Positions 1 through 8,784 of a stretch of DNA of 20,000 nt are shown here, piece by piece (the first letter of the stretch is position 1; each line of letters opens with the position of its first letter). The position numbers and the translations under genes were made by a program. The notes under the pieces were generated by a model. The model had not been told where the DNA came from. It worked only from the letters and a program-made list of their open reading frames with translations, and ran no database searches. The stretch comes from an uncultured virus (IMG/VR IMGVR_UViG_3300042691_045142) (taxonomy: Duplodnaviria; Heunggongvirae; Uroviricota; Caudoviricetes): the IMG/VR virus record IMGVR_UViG_3300042691_045142; one strand, 5' to 3'.

Positions 1-791
1 TTGTGATAGTCAACAAGCCCGGTGCTGACGGAGTAATAGCCACCAATCAGCTGGCTGAATCTGCGCCTGACGGACTGACCATAGCCACTGCCAGCCAAAT
101 GAGTACCTTCGTTACACAGGACATATTCCAACGAGATATCAAGAAGTATACCTCGGATACTTTCGTAGTTCCTGTATTGCCCACTCGTTCGCCCTTGGCC
201 ATCGTGGCCAAAGCAGATAGTGCTGTAAACACACCTAGGGAGTTCCTAGACCGTGTGAAAAACAGCACACAGCCTGTGAACATCGCCATTGGTGGTGGAC
301 CTCACAAGCTCACATATGAATACATCCTGGATCGTTTTCCCAACTCTAATGTACAGTCTATCGCATTCCAAGGGCCACTGCAGGCAGTCACAGGTGTGGC
401 CAGCGACAGCAATATTGAGTTTGGTATCATGCCACTACAAGTGGCCTGGCCTTTGGTGCAGGGCGGCAAAGTCAAAGTCATTGCTATCACTGCTGACCGT
501 CCATTGTCGACCCATCCCAACATTCCATTGATCAAGAACAGTGTACCTGGCCTGGAAGTATCTGCAGGATCTGCACTGTTGTTGCCACCTGGCACACCAC
601 GAGAAGTTGCCGATTGGTACAACCGTGCGTGGAGTCGAGCCATGCAAACTGCCGAAGCTCGCAAGCTATACGCAGATAACTTCTTGTACTTTAATGGAAC
701 GGATCTACAACAAGAAGGAGTGCGTGTATGGATCAACAATACACGACAGTTTTGGAAATCCTACATTGACGGTCCTACCAGAAAGTATTGA
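1..791 (+). CDS. Bug/TctC-family tripartite tricarboxylate transporter substrate-binding protein (5' partial)
   Basis: Open frame from the window edge. Family-typical segments: 'IVNKPGADGVIA...SAPDGLT', 'GKVKVIAITADRPLSTHPNIP', 'LLLPPGTPREV'. The true start lies upstream of the window. Confidence 0.85.
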   Translation, partial: VIVNKPGADGVIATNQLAESAPDGLTIATASQMSTFVTQDIFQRDIKKYTSDTFVVPVLPTRSPLAIVAKADSAVNTPREFLDRVKNSTQPVNIAIGGGPHKLTYEYILDRFPNSNVQSIAFQGPLQAVTGVASDSNIEFGIMPLQVAWPLVQGGKVKVIAITADRPLSTHPNIPLIKNSVPGLEVSAGSALLLPPGTPREVADWYNRAWSRAMQTAEARKLYADNFLYFNGTDLQQEGVRVWINNTRQFWKSYIDGPTRKY

Positions 792-804
792 TCATTGACC
801 CAAC

Positions 805-832
805 AAAAAAGGCACCTAAGGTGCCTTTTTTT
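805..832. terminator. Bidirectional rho-independent terminator
   Basis: AAAAAAGGCACC-TAA-GGTGCCTTTTTTT: perfect inverted repeat with A-tract before and T-tract after, lying between two convergent genes (stops at 791 and 846). Confidence 0.92.
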
Positions 833-845
833 ATGACAGTACTTT

Positions 846-1577
846 TTAAATAGTGTCAAGTTTTAGTTCACGTGTGGGTGTACCATATACTTCGCGCATG
901 CGTGCCTTGGCAGCTTCGTTGGGCATGTAGGTATTCAAGCATGCAACTTCATACAGGTCCCAGCACATTTGTAAAGCAATGTCCATCACGCGATCTTGTG
1001 CTTGTTGTGTATCGCACAACTCAAGCAACTTCATACGACCGATGTTGCTATGGAACTTTTCATCGCGAGCGATCTTGCCATAACGTGTGGCGATGAACTC
1101 GTCTTCGACACAGTCGGCCATGGTTGCCCATACGCGAGCGGCACGGCCTTCACCCAGGAACTGGTACAGAGCCATGATCAATGGATCATCCTGTGCTTCG
1201 TAACGATCGATCAAGGTCACGCCCTTGGCGCTGTCTTTTTCGCCGTGTGTAGAGTTGGCGTCGTCCATGGAAATTGGACCACCGTTTAGGTGCTCTAGCA
1301 CTTCACGTACCATGCGGTAGTGGTTGGCTTCGTCAAATGTTTGTTTGCAAAGCAACATGGCTTCTTCGCCCGAGGTTGTCACAGGCAATGCGGCTACTTT
1401 TTTTGCAAACTCAACCATGTTCCAACGCTCATTCATCATGCGCAGTTTGAAATGGTCCATGAGGTGTTCTTTGCTGGGGTTACTAGCAAAGTAGTTACGT
1501 GTTACTTCTTCGCTGACTTGATACAGAGTTTCTACTTTTTGTTCAAGATCAACTAAAAATTCTTTTGCTGATTTCAT
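846..1577 (-). CDS. Ferritin-like (diiron-carboxylate) domain protein
   Basis: 243 aa. E...ExxH...E...ExxH ligand pattern: 'MNERW', 'DEANHY', 'LGEGRA', 'RDEKFH'. SD AAGGAG at 1585-1590 (minus). Confidence 0.75.
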   Translation of the reverse strand: MKSAKEFLVDLEQKVETLYQVSEEVTRNYFASNPSKEHLMDHFKLRMMNERWNMVEFAKKVAALPVTTSGEEAMLLCKQTFDEANHYRMVREVLEHLNGGPISMDDANSTHGEKDSAKGVTLIDRYEAQDDPLIMALYQFLGEGRAARVWATMADCVEDEFIATRYGKIARDEKFHSNIGRMKLLELCDTQQAQDRVMDIALQMCWDLYEVACLNTYMPNEAAKARMREVYGTPTRELKLDTI

Positions 1578-1617
1578 CGATGTTCTCCTTTTGTAAAGCC
1601 CGTCGGCTTGGTATTTT

Positions 1618-1623
1618 TATTTA
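1618..1623 (-). promoter_or_regulatory. Putative T4-like late promoter (TAAATA) for the ferritin-like gene
   Basis: TAAATA on the minus strand about 40 nt upstream of the ATG at 1577. A small hairpin AAGCC-GACG-GGCTT (1596-1609) lies in the leader. Confidence 0.45.
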
Positions 1624-1650
1624 GCCAAACAGAGCAAGGTAAGTAGATGC

Positions 1651-2364
1651 ATGGATGAATTCAACTCTTATTATCATTCGGGATTTCCTGCCTCATTTGC
1701 CCCAAAATATCAGGTCTACGTCCTCTACAGCGTTCAACTTGATTGTTTTTTATATGTCAATCACAACCTAGATATACTGCGTAGAGTGCATTATCTCATG
1801 AGCAGTAAAATTCCCACCTGGGTGTATGAACTACGTCTGCCAGGACATTATGAACACGGAATATCGAATCAAAATGCCGAATGTTGGACTTTGCAAACAA
1901 CCATATCTGGCAGACCAAACATATCTAAGTACCAGACCAATCACAACGAAATGGGCATATTGGACTGCACTACGGTCAATGTGCTTGGGCAAATTTCTGG
2001 GCAAATAGACTTAAAATCAGGACCTGCTCCCCAGGAATCTTTAGAGCTTAAAAACTGGGCTATGTTTTTAGGCAACATGGTAGAAAAAATAAAAAAATCT
2101 GAGCTTCCTGAAGAAGAGATCATTCACAGGATTTCCATGGCTGAATCAATCCATACCAAGAGCGATATTTCCAACGACGATTTATCTTACTATATTAGTA
2201 AAATTTACAAACTCCTATTGATCAGCACCAGCGTGAAAGATTTCCAACAACGAGCCAAAAAAGAAATACTTGATATAGAGGACTCGTATTCTCGCATAAA
2301 CAAAATGGAACAGGCATCATTATTGAAAGAACTTTTGTTGCACAATGACATCACTACTGATTAA
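1651..2364 (+). CDS. Hypothetical protein
   Basis: 237 aa ORF, AT-rich. Overlaps the next ORF by 20 nt. TAAGTA at 1640-1645 just upstream. No recognisable motif. Confidence 0.7.
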   Translation: MDEFNSYYHSGFPASFAPKYQVYVLYSVQLDCFLYVNHNLDILRRVHYLMSSKIPTWVYELRLPGHYEHGISNQNAECWTLQTTISGRPNISKYQTNHNEMGILDCTTVNVLGQISGQIDLKSGPAPQESLELKNWAMFLGNMVEKIKKSELPEEEIIHRISMAESIHTKSDISNDDLSYYISKIYKLLLISTSVKDFQQRAKKEILDIEDSYSRINKMEQASLLKELLLHNDITTD

Positions 2365-3559
2365 CTACACACATCTTGACCACAGTAGTCTTGATGATTG
2401 CTGGCCCGATGATGGTATTCGTGAAGATATACACCAGCTTGCTTCTATCTGCAGAGACACATCAATGGCGTTTCTTTCTCCATTGATGGGAGCAGACAAC
2501 TTTCCATTTCCTAAAAATCTAGCATTATCAACGTTGCGTGTACCGGTGGCCGAGTATGATCCCAACTTTGGCATGTCATATGAAGAAATCACTGACCTCA
2601 AAGCACAGGAACTACTGAAACTCAGTAAAAAAACCAATCGACCCATCGTTGTGGGGTGGTCCGGTGGTATTGATTCAACTTTGGTCGTGGCCGCTTTGCT
2701 GAAATGTGGTACTCCTGTAGATTATAGCAGAATTATCATAGCCACTAACAAAACTGGAGTTTGGGAAAATTCAACTTTCTTTTTTGATTGTATTTTGAAA
2801 AACAATCTCAAAGTAGTTGAATATGATCGTTTTGTAAGTTCACTGAATACTTCTAACTTTTCTAACTACATACATGTAAACGGTCATCCCAATGATCAAC
2901 TGTTGATTGGTCTAAACAGCAGTGCTGTCAGCAGTTCAGAAATGGCGTTCGAGGATCCTCGGTGGTTCAATATTCCTTGGCAGGATTCTGCAAAAGCACT
3001 GGAGTATCTATCTGCTTACTGGACAACTCCTGGCACAGCTCAGTGGTTGTTTCGCAAACTGTCAGAAAATGTGTTATCAATGAATGCTCCAGTTAAATCT
3101 TGCTACGACCTGGTTCGATGGCTGAACTTTAACTATGCTTTCTTGCCTGCATTTTCAAACGACTATGGAAATATGTACGCGAATGTTTGTCGTATTCCCA
3201 TAAATCAATGGGCCGATTGTGCTTATCAATGGTTTACTGATATGAAATATCAGCAGTGGGGTTTGAAAAATTTTTCAAATCTTGAACAACTGCTTGGCCC
3301 AGATCGAGATCAATGGAAGTGGGTGGCAAAAAAGTATATCTATGATTATGATAAAAATAAGTTCTACTTAAGATACAAAACAAAAATGGGTTCTTCGGGT
3401 CGCCGAGCAATGTTTGGAAAAAATCTCAATGAAAAAGGCCCAGCTAAAACTTGGGTAGCTATCACGCCGGATCAAAGATTTCTAACCATTCATAATGATC
3501 TAGATGAACTAAAACAGTTACTAGTCCAATCGTTATCTTCCAGCGATCGAATCACTTAG
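2345..3559 (+). CDS. Adenine-nucleotide alpha-hydrolase (PP-loop) superfamily protein, asparagine synthase/QueC-like nucleotide-binding motif
   Basis: 404 aa. 'IVVGWSGGIDSTLVVAAL' is a canonical SGGxDS PP-loop, followed later by 'VNGHPNDQL' (GxxxDxL-like). No glutaminase domain is evident. Confidence 0.65.
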   Translation: MTSLLINYTHLDHSSLDDCWPDDGIREDIHQLASICRDTSMAFLSPLMGADNFPFPKNLALSTLRVPVAEYDPNFGMSYEEITDLKAQELLKLSKKTNRPIVVGWSGGIDSTLVVAALLKCGTPVDYSRIIIATNKTGVWENSTFFFDCILKNNLKVVEYDRFVSSLNTSNFSNYIHVNGHPNDQLLIGLNSSAVSSSEMAFEDPRWFNIPWQDSAKALEYLSAYWTTPGTAQWLFRKLSENVLSMNAPVKSCYDLVRWLNFNYAFLPAFSNDYGNMYANVCRIPINQWADCAYQWFTDMKYQQWGLKNFSNLEQLLGPDRDQWKWVAKKYIYDYDKNKFYLRYKTKMGSSGRRAMFGKNLNEKGPAKTWVAITPDQRFLTIHNDLDELKQLLVQSLSSSDRIT

Positions 3560-3718
3560 GGACTTGGCCACAGGCAATGCAGGATCAATCATGATCATCA
3601 GCGTTTGTTCCAACCAAGGCGGTTGTTTTTCATTTAGCCAAACAATGTACCATGTGATCAGCGATACAAAACAAACGATCGCAACAAATAGTAGTAGATT
3701 ATAAAAAAGTTGTTTCAT
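3533..3718 (-). CDS. Small single-pass membrane protein
   Basis: 61 aa with hydrophobic N-terminus 'LFYNLLLFVAIVCFVSLITWYIVW'. Fills the gap between flanking genes. Confidence 0.5.
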   Translation of the reverse strand: MKQLFYNLLLFVAIVCFVSLITWYIVWLNEKQPPWLEQTLMIMIDPALPVAKSLSDSIAGR

Positions 3719-3749
3719 AACTTTATGTATGTTTTTGTGATGTTTTTAT

Positions 3750-3755
3750 TAAATA
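3750..3755 (+). promoter_or_regulatory. Putative late promoter TAAATA
   Basis: TAAATA about 25 nt upstream of ATG 3780, followed by SD AAGGAG. Confidence 0.45.
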
Positions 3756-3779
3756 AACTAACCAACAAAGGAGACCATA

Positions 3780-4016
3780 ATGTTGACATTTCTTAAAAAG
3801 TTTTTTAGTAAAAGGCCCACAGTATCACCCTGCCCCGAGGCACCTTACAAAGTAGAAACACCGCAGACCACAGTAGGCACAGTGCCAATGAGCACACAGT
3901 ATGCTGAATCACCTGTGGTCATGGCCAAGAAAAAACCAGCTGCCAAAAAGCCTGCTGGTGACAAGAAGCCTGCGGTACGAGCAAAAACTGCCAGGACTAA
4001 GAAAACAACATCCTGA
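3780..4016 (+). CDS. Small basic protein with Lys/Ala/Pro-rich C-terminus
   Basis: 78 aa, strong SD AAGGAG upstream, tail 'AKKKPAAKKPAGDKKPAVRAKTARTKK' (histone H1-like low complexity). Confidence 0.75.
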   Translation: MLTFLKKFFSKRPTVSPCPEAPYKVETPQTTVGTVPMSTQYAESPVVMAKKKPAAKKPAGDKKPAVRAKTARTKKTTS

Positions 4017-4287
4017 TCAATCCGATGGCATCGATGGTCGTGAGCAGTAGATAGTTAGCCAGCATGCCAAAGGAACCACGACTAAGAGCACACCCAGCGT
4101 ATATAGCACAACCAAGTATCCAAACGGGGTAAAGAGCCAGGAGAGGTGGGTTTGGAACGGTGAATGCCATAACGAGAGAGCAGCCAATAGACAGAGCCCA
4201 AGCAAGGACCTCAAGACAAAAACGTATTCTATGGCTTTGGTAATCTTCACAGATCCATCTCCAGGTATTTAAAAACACATCAATCAT
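3997..4287 (-). CDS. Small multi-pass membrane protein
   Basis: Start re-assigned to ATG 4287 (MIDVFLNTWRW...), which forms an ATGA overlap with the uvsE stop. 96 aa with about 3 hydrophobic segments. Confidence 0.7.
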   Translation of the reverse strand: MIDVFLNTWRWICEDYQSHRIRFCLEVLAWALSIGCSLVMAFTVPNPPLLALYPVWILGCAIYAGCALSRGSFGMLANYLLLTTIDAIGLIRMLFS

Positions 4288-5312
4288 ACTGCCTTCACAA
4301 ATTTGGCAAATCCGTCGCGAGCTAGATTCTTGCCCTTGGCTTCGCATTCAATATCGAAGTAGGGTGAAAACCCAGCGGCCCATTCATTCACAGCGTCGTT
4401 CCAGTAGAAGTCTGAGTGGGCACGGAGTTGCTGTTTTTTATGACCTCTTGCAAGAAGTCCAGCAAGATCTGGCCTAGTTCGGGTATCATGACCAACAAGA
4501 ACATCTTCGCGACTAACGCTGTAATGCATACCAGGGCGAATGTCACGCCAAGACTCAGCCACACGCTGAACACGAGGGTCTTGGGGATCGATGTATTCTC
4601 CTGTTTTGACCCAATGGTGATGAATGTCCAGCACAAGAGCCACACGATCAGCCACAGTAAGAGTGATGTCAAGACCATTAGATACCTCGTCGTTTTCGAT
4701 AGTTATGAGATTGCGAGCCTCGGGGCTGAGTTTACCCAGAGTGCGCAGGAACTTTTCAGGACCACCTTTGCCCGACAAGTGTACATTGATCATGAATCCA
4801 TGATCGTGCCAGGTGGCACCATAGCCCATCCAACGAGCCATGTCTGCATGATACTCAAACTCTAGGATACTACGCTCTACGATGCCGTCATTTTCTGACG
4901 CCAGCACACAGAACTGCCCTGGATGGAAACTCAGCCTGACGTCGAGTTCTCTAGCACGAGCACCCACAGGAGAAAAAATCTTCTCTAGATGGCGTTGGAC
5001 ATCTGCTTGTTGCCACCAGTCGATCCACGAAGGTTCTGTGTAGCCTTGTAGCATTTCTGAGCCCAGGCGCACCATCCGCAGATGCTTGGGCAAACTGCCC
5101 ACTCGTTCTACCATGTTAAGAGCGGCCTGCGCATTATGATTCATAATATCCCACTGGCGTTGCTCAGCTTCTTCCTTGTGCTCGCGTAGCCAGCGCATGG
5201 TAGTGCTTCGTCCGTTTAGATCACGGCTTGCAGATGTGGGTTTACGCCCGGCTGTTTCATCCGGGTGATCTATCCATTTGCAACAAAAACCAATGCGAGG
5301 GGTAATAATCAT
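4284..5312 (-). CDS. uvsE: UV DNA damage endonuclease (UVDE/UvsE)
   Basis: 342 aa. 'RIGFCCK', 'RLSFHPGQFCVLAS', 'INVHLSG', 'ITIENDE', 'LVLDIHHHW', 'RAHSDF', 'IECEAKGKNLA' match the UVDE TIM-barrel metal-binding motifs. Confidence 0.93.
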   Translation of the reverse strand: MIITPRIGFCCKWIDHPDETAGRKPTSASRDLNGRSTTMRWLREHKEEAEQRQWDIMNHNAQAALNMVERVGSLPKHLRMVRLGSEMLQGYTEPSWIDWWQQADVQRHLEKIFSPVGARARELDVRLSFHPGQFCVLASENDGIVERSILEFEYHADMARWMGYGATWHDHGFMINVHLSGKGGPEKFLRTLGKLSPEARNLITIENDEVSNGLDITLTVADRVALVLDIHHHWVKTGEYIDPQDPRVQRVAESWRDIRPGMHYSVSREDVLVGHDTRTRPDLAGLLARGHKKQQLRAHSDFYWNDAVNEWAAGFSPYFDIECEAKGKNLARDGFAKFVKAV

Positions 5313-5321
5313 AATAGTGCT

Positions 5322-5350
5322 ATTTTACGATAAATATCATTAGAGAGCAA
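5322..5350 (-). promoter_or_regulatory. Sigma70-like promoter for uvsE (likely near-leaderless mRNA)
   Basis: Minus strand TTGCTC (5350-5345) - 17 nt - TAAAAT (5327-5322). ATG is 9 nt further on, with no SD. Confidence 0.55.
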
Positions 5351-5381
5351 GTGCTTCTTTGGTGAATACCACCCTTTCAGG

Positions 5382-5387
5382 TAAATA
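5382..5387 (+). promoter_or_regulatory. Putative late promoter TAAATA
   Basis: TAAATA at 5382-5387 (second copy at 5331-5336) upstream of SD AAGGA and ATG 5411. Confidence 0.45.
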
Positions 5388-5410
5388 TTTGATAGATAAA
5401 GGAAAATATC

Positions 5411-5719
5411 ATGGCCATTTACACTCAATCAACAATGGATTTTGATGCATCATCAGCGATCCAATCACAGTATCAAGCAGGAGTTGGACCTATTGTTCAA
5501 CCTTATATCACTGCCGGGTTTACCGAACCGATTCCAACTTGGACACCGCCACTGCCAGACGGAACGTACCCAGCACCCAGCGGACAATATCAAAATCATC
5601 GTAGTTGGACTGACCTAACACAAGCTCAACAATGTGCAAATCAGGTCAATGCTTGGTTAGATAGTAATCCTGAGTGCAAAGCATTCAACACAACAGGACC
5701 AATAGTGGTGCAAGAGTAA
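5411..5719 (+). CDS. Hypothetical protein, tandem paralogue 1
   Basis: 102 aa, SD AAGGA. Shares 'IPTWTPPLPDGTYPAPSG...WTD...GP' with the next ORF. Confidence 0.75.
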   Translation: MAIYTQSTMDFDASSAIQSQYQAGVGPIVQPYITAGFTEPIPTWTPPLPDGTYPAPSGQYQNHRSWTDLTQAQQCANQVNAWLDSNPECKAFNTTGPIVVQE

Positions 5720-5721
5720 AC

Positions 5722-6036
5722 ATGCGAGTATTCACTAGAGCTACAAAAAACTTTGCTGTTAGCAGAGAACTGCTTGAAGAATATCATAAGGTCATTGGCG
5801 CCGAAATAAAACAAAGATATCTAGATTCGGGAGCTATTAAAAATAAAATACCAACGTGGGTTCCACCGTTACCTGGACAGTATCCACCTTCCTCTGGCAT
5901 CTTTGTGACCATACACGAATGGACCGATGAAGAGCAAGCTAGAAAAGAAGTGGCTGAAGTCACTGCAAAACTAGAGCAGTATCCGCATCTTCGCGCCTAT
6001 ACAAGTGGACCTGAAGTTTATATCGAAAACGATTAA
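5722..6036 (+). CDS. Hypothetical protein, tandem paralogue 2
   Basis: Start re-assigned to ATG 5722 (MRVFTRAT...), 2 nt after the previous stop. 104 aa with 'IPTWVPPLPGQYPPSSG...WTD...SGP'. Confidence 0.75.
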   Translation: MRVFTRATKNFAVSRELLEEYHKVIGAEIKQRYLDSGAIKNKIPTWVPPLPGQYPPSSGIFVTIHEWTDEEQARKEVAEVTAKLEQYPHLRAYTSGPEVYIEND

Positions 6037-6578
6037 GACAATAACTTAACAACGCTGTCAAAACTATCTTGTGTTAGATTTGACAGCGTTATTTTTTTGG
6101 TCACAGGATTAGGATGGTCTATCAACACCCATTGCGTTTCAGGATAGGTATTGAGGGTGGCGCGAAAAGCATTGTAGTAGTTTAGTTGTTTGTGATTTTT
6201 AAACTTGTCATCAAAGATTTTATCAGTGAGATCAAACCCCAACAATAATACCAGGTCATTTTGCTCAGCCACAAGGTGCATGGCTATTATTTCTTCTGGA
6301 TAGTCAAGAGCACCAGGAAAATCCCCTTCATAGAGATTTACCCGAGCAGGACGATTTAACTGTGCATAGTTTTTGTTGGCAGTATAAAAGTTGCACACGC
6401 TGTGGAATGCTCGTTGTATTAACTCTTGTGCCTTGTTCACGTCGTGACACAGTACATTATCTGTGTTCCAGGCACGCCATGTCTTCCAACTACCCCAGCT
6501 GGGTGCAATGTCTTTGAGCTGTTCGGGCGTGACGTGAGTGCTGGCAAACTGCTCGCTGATGATCCAACATACTCTCAT
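6033..6578 (-). CDS. Hypothetical protein, last gene of the minus-strand operon
   Basis: 181 aa, start abuts the stop of the upstream gene (6579). 'VLLLGFDL' resembles the LxGFD motif of MAF/DUF115-like sugar-transferase folds (weak). Confidence 0.7.
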   Translation of the reverse strand: MRVCWIISEQFASTHVTPEQLKDIAPSWGSWKTWRAWNTDNVLCHDVNKAQELIQRAFHSVCNFYTANKNYAQLNRPARVNLYEGDFPGALDYPEEIIAMHLVAEQNDLVLLLGFDLTDKIFDDKFKNHKQLNYYNAFRATLNTYPETQWVLIDHPNPVTKKITLSNLTQDSFDSVVKLLS

Positions 6579-7871
6579 TTATTTTGCCTTCAATGCTTGC
6601 CAACGGAACGCACCAAGACAGATCCAAGCAAACACACCTTCAGCAGTGGTATTGATGTTGATCACCAAATCGCCTTTGGTTCCACTGTAGCCCGGTGTTT
6701 CTGCAGACCATGAAATGGTATTGCGTCCAATGCGCAATCGTTGTATCGTGGTCATACCATCACCGTCGATCTCGATGTGATTCTGGCGGTTGGTACCCAG
6801 CACCAAGTTACCTTTGCGCCCTGTGCCAACAAATGCCGTGTTTTTGCTGAGTTTGCCCAGGCTCACGTTGACTTCTTCGTCCCATACAGACAGTGCAGAA
6901 TCAGGATCTTCTGTGTTGATGCCCACACGTCCGCGATTAACTGTCACGGTATCTCTTAGACTCACGTGACCATCTACTTGCAGACTTTCCAGTGCGCCCA
7001 CAGAAGTGATATTGGTGTTCTTGATACCGGGACTGAGAGCGTTGCCCGATACCAAAGGACGTCCGCCCACAGATACGTCTTCAATGTTGATACCACGTTT
7101 GATGGTTTTCAACATTGATTCTGTGAGCTCTTGGGCAAAATCATTTTTGATACGATCGTAGGTCACCGTGCCCACATGTTCGCTGAGATCTTGCCAGGCT
7201 TTGTTGTCCACAGCGATACGACCTTGCACACCAAGATCTCCCTTGACCAGCAAGTTACCTTTGAGTGTGGTATTGCGTTCTACCGACAGATCCTGGGTGA
7301 CTGTTTCACCTTCGACTACAATCACTCCATCCATCACAGTGAGCTGTGTGTTCGATGCTTGATCGTCAATACCATTGGATTGGAAGTTACGAGCAAGCTC
7401 TTGTGTGAGATGATCTCTGTGTTCCATGATCACTTGCCCTAACACAACGTTCATATCCAGCTCTCGAAGTCTAGCTCTCACACGATCTTCCATGCGCTGT
7501 GCTATGAGATTTTCAATCTTGACCACCCAAGCAGGATCTATGCTCAATGTATCAATGGTGTGTTCTACAAACTTTTCTACACCCTGATCCACGGCCTGGC
7601 GTATACGAGGTTGATCCACGTAGCTGGCCAGATCTGGCACAAATCCGTTGGCAAACATTTCACCAACTTTTTGTTCTACTGTGGTTACTAAATCAGGTAG
7701 GGTACCAATGTTGGCAAATCTAGCTGTGATGCGGTCCTGGACAAATCCAATGATCTGTTGCTCAAGATCCTCAATCCAGGCAGTCTGGCTCACTGCCTGT
7801 TGCACCTGTTGTGCTACAGCAGTTTTGATTTCTTGTTCTACCAGCTGAGCCAGTTGTTGTGCGTCAAGCAT
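6579..7871 (-). CDS. Probable virion structural/fibre-like protein (N-terminal helical region, C-terminal beta-rich region)
   Basis: 430 aa. 'LKGNLLVKGDLGVQG', 'ITSVGALESLQVDG' and 'GRVGINTEDPDSALSV' are repeat motifs typical of phage tail-fibre/beta-helical proteins. Confidence 0.55.
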   Translation of the reverse strand: MLDAQQLAQLVEQEIKTAVAQQVQQAVSQTAWIEDLEQQIIGFVQDRITARFANIGTLPDLVTTVEQKVGEMFANGFVPDLASYVDQPRIRQAVDQGVEKFVEHTIDTLSIDPAWVVKIENLIAQRMEDRVRARLRELDMNVVLGQVIMEHRDHLTQELARNFQSNGIDDQASNTQLTVMDGVIVVEGETVTQDLSVERNTTLKGNLLVKGDLGVQGRIAVDNKAWQDLSEHVGTVTYDRIKNDFAQELTESMLKTIKRGINIEDVSVGGRPLVSGNALSPGIKNTNITSVGALESLQVDGHVSLRDTVTVNRGRVGINTEDPDSALSVWDEEVNVSLGKLSKNTAFVGTGRKGNLVLGTNRQNHIEIDGDGMTTIQRLRIGRNTISWSAETPGYSGTKGDLVININTTAEGVFAWICLGAFRWQALKAK

Positions 7872-8784
7872 GTTCTCTCCATAGATCTAATGTGACACAG
7901 TGAAACCCACCGCCCAGGGTGCGACTGTGACTTAATTTGTGTGGTATCACTGTAAACCCACGAGTTTCTAGAGCATACCGCAGATCAGCTTGATCTGCGT
8001 CCATGATCACTGTAGTAGGATCAACCACTAACATATTTAACGCAATCCACTTTGAAGCGTAAGGGTACTGATAAAAGCCTTGTTCGACCACCTGATCTAC
8101 GTACAGAACATCCCAATCTTGGAATGCTCGGGGCAAGGTTTCACTGTTTACCCGTGCGCCATTGACGATGACCAGTCCTTCACGCAAAGGAACTATGGTT
8201 GAATCTATGTGTACTCCAGCGTAGAAGTTGCAAAGCTCAATGTTAATGTTGGGAAACTGGTTGCATAACCATTCATAGGCGGCTCGATTACCCGATGCAC
8301 TTTCTAAATACAACCAAGTGTCGCCCAGCCTACATACATTGGCCGCATCCAGCGTCATGCCTTCGTTTCTTGGCATATGGAGATAATGTTCAGCGGCATC
8401 AACAATGTCATAGTAGGCCGCCAACTCCATGTCTCTGCAGGGGTACATCATAGCGGGATCAACAATGGTAGTTCCTGCCACCAGCAATCTATCTCTAGGG
8501 CAATAGTTATACATACCACCCAACTGCACAAAATCCATTTCTTGCGGACGATGTACTTCTACTCCAAGATCAGTGAGTTTGCGAGCTAGATCATCCAGCT
8601 CTGCTTCGGCTTCGTTGATGATCCACCCAGGCACGGGTCCTGAGGGAACAGGAGTTTGTTTCCAAAGAGTTTTCTCACTTTCCTGTGCAAACACAGGGTC
8701 CGTGGTTGGCCAGTTGGCATGTCGAGCACTGCCTACCACAATGCTACGCAGTGGATCCCACTCGTTATAGGAATGGATCTTCAA
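7864..8784 (-). CDS. Amidinotransferase (glycine/inosamine-phosphate amidinotransferase family)
   Basis: 306 aa. 'SYNEWDPLRSIVVG', 'YNYCPRD', 'LDAANV', 'HIDSTIVPLREGL' and C-terminal 'SRTLGGGFHCVTLD' with the catalytic Cys, giving the Asp-His-Cys triad of AGAT/StrB1-type enzymes. Confidence 0.9.
   Translation of the reverse strand: MKIHSYNEWDPLRSIVVGSARHANWPTTDPVFAQESEKTLWKQTPVPSGPVPGWIINEAEAELDDLARKLTDLGVEVHRPQEMDFVQLGGMYNYCPRDRLLVAGTTIVDPAMMYPCRDMELAAYYDIVDAAEHYLHMPRNEGMTLDAANVCRLGDTWLYLESASGNRAAYEWLCNQFPNINIELCNFYAGVHIDSTIVPLREGLVIVNGARVNSETLPRAFQDWDVLYVDQVVEQGFYQYPYASKWIALNMLVVDPTTVIMDADQADLRYALETRGFTVIPHKLSHSRTLGGGFHCVTLDLWREHA

Noticed and set aside
4288..4347. N-terminal extension of the 116-aa ORF in the track
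   Set aside because: Overlaps uvsE. The ATGA-coupled ATG at 4287 is the more plausible start.
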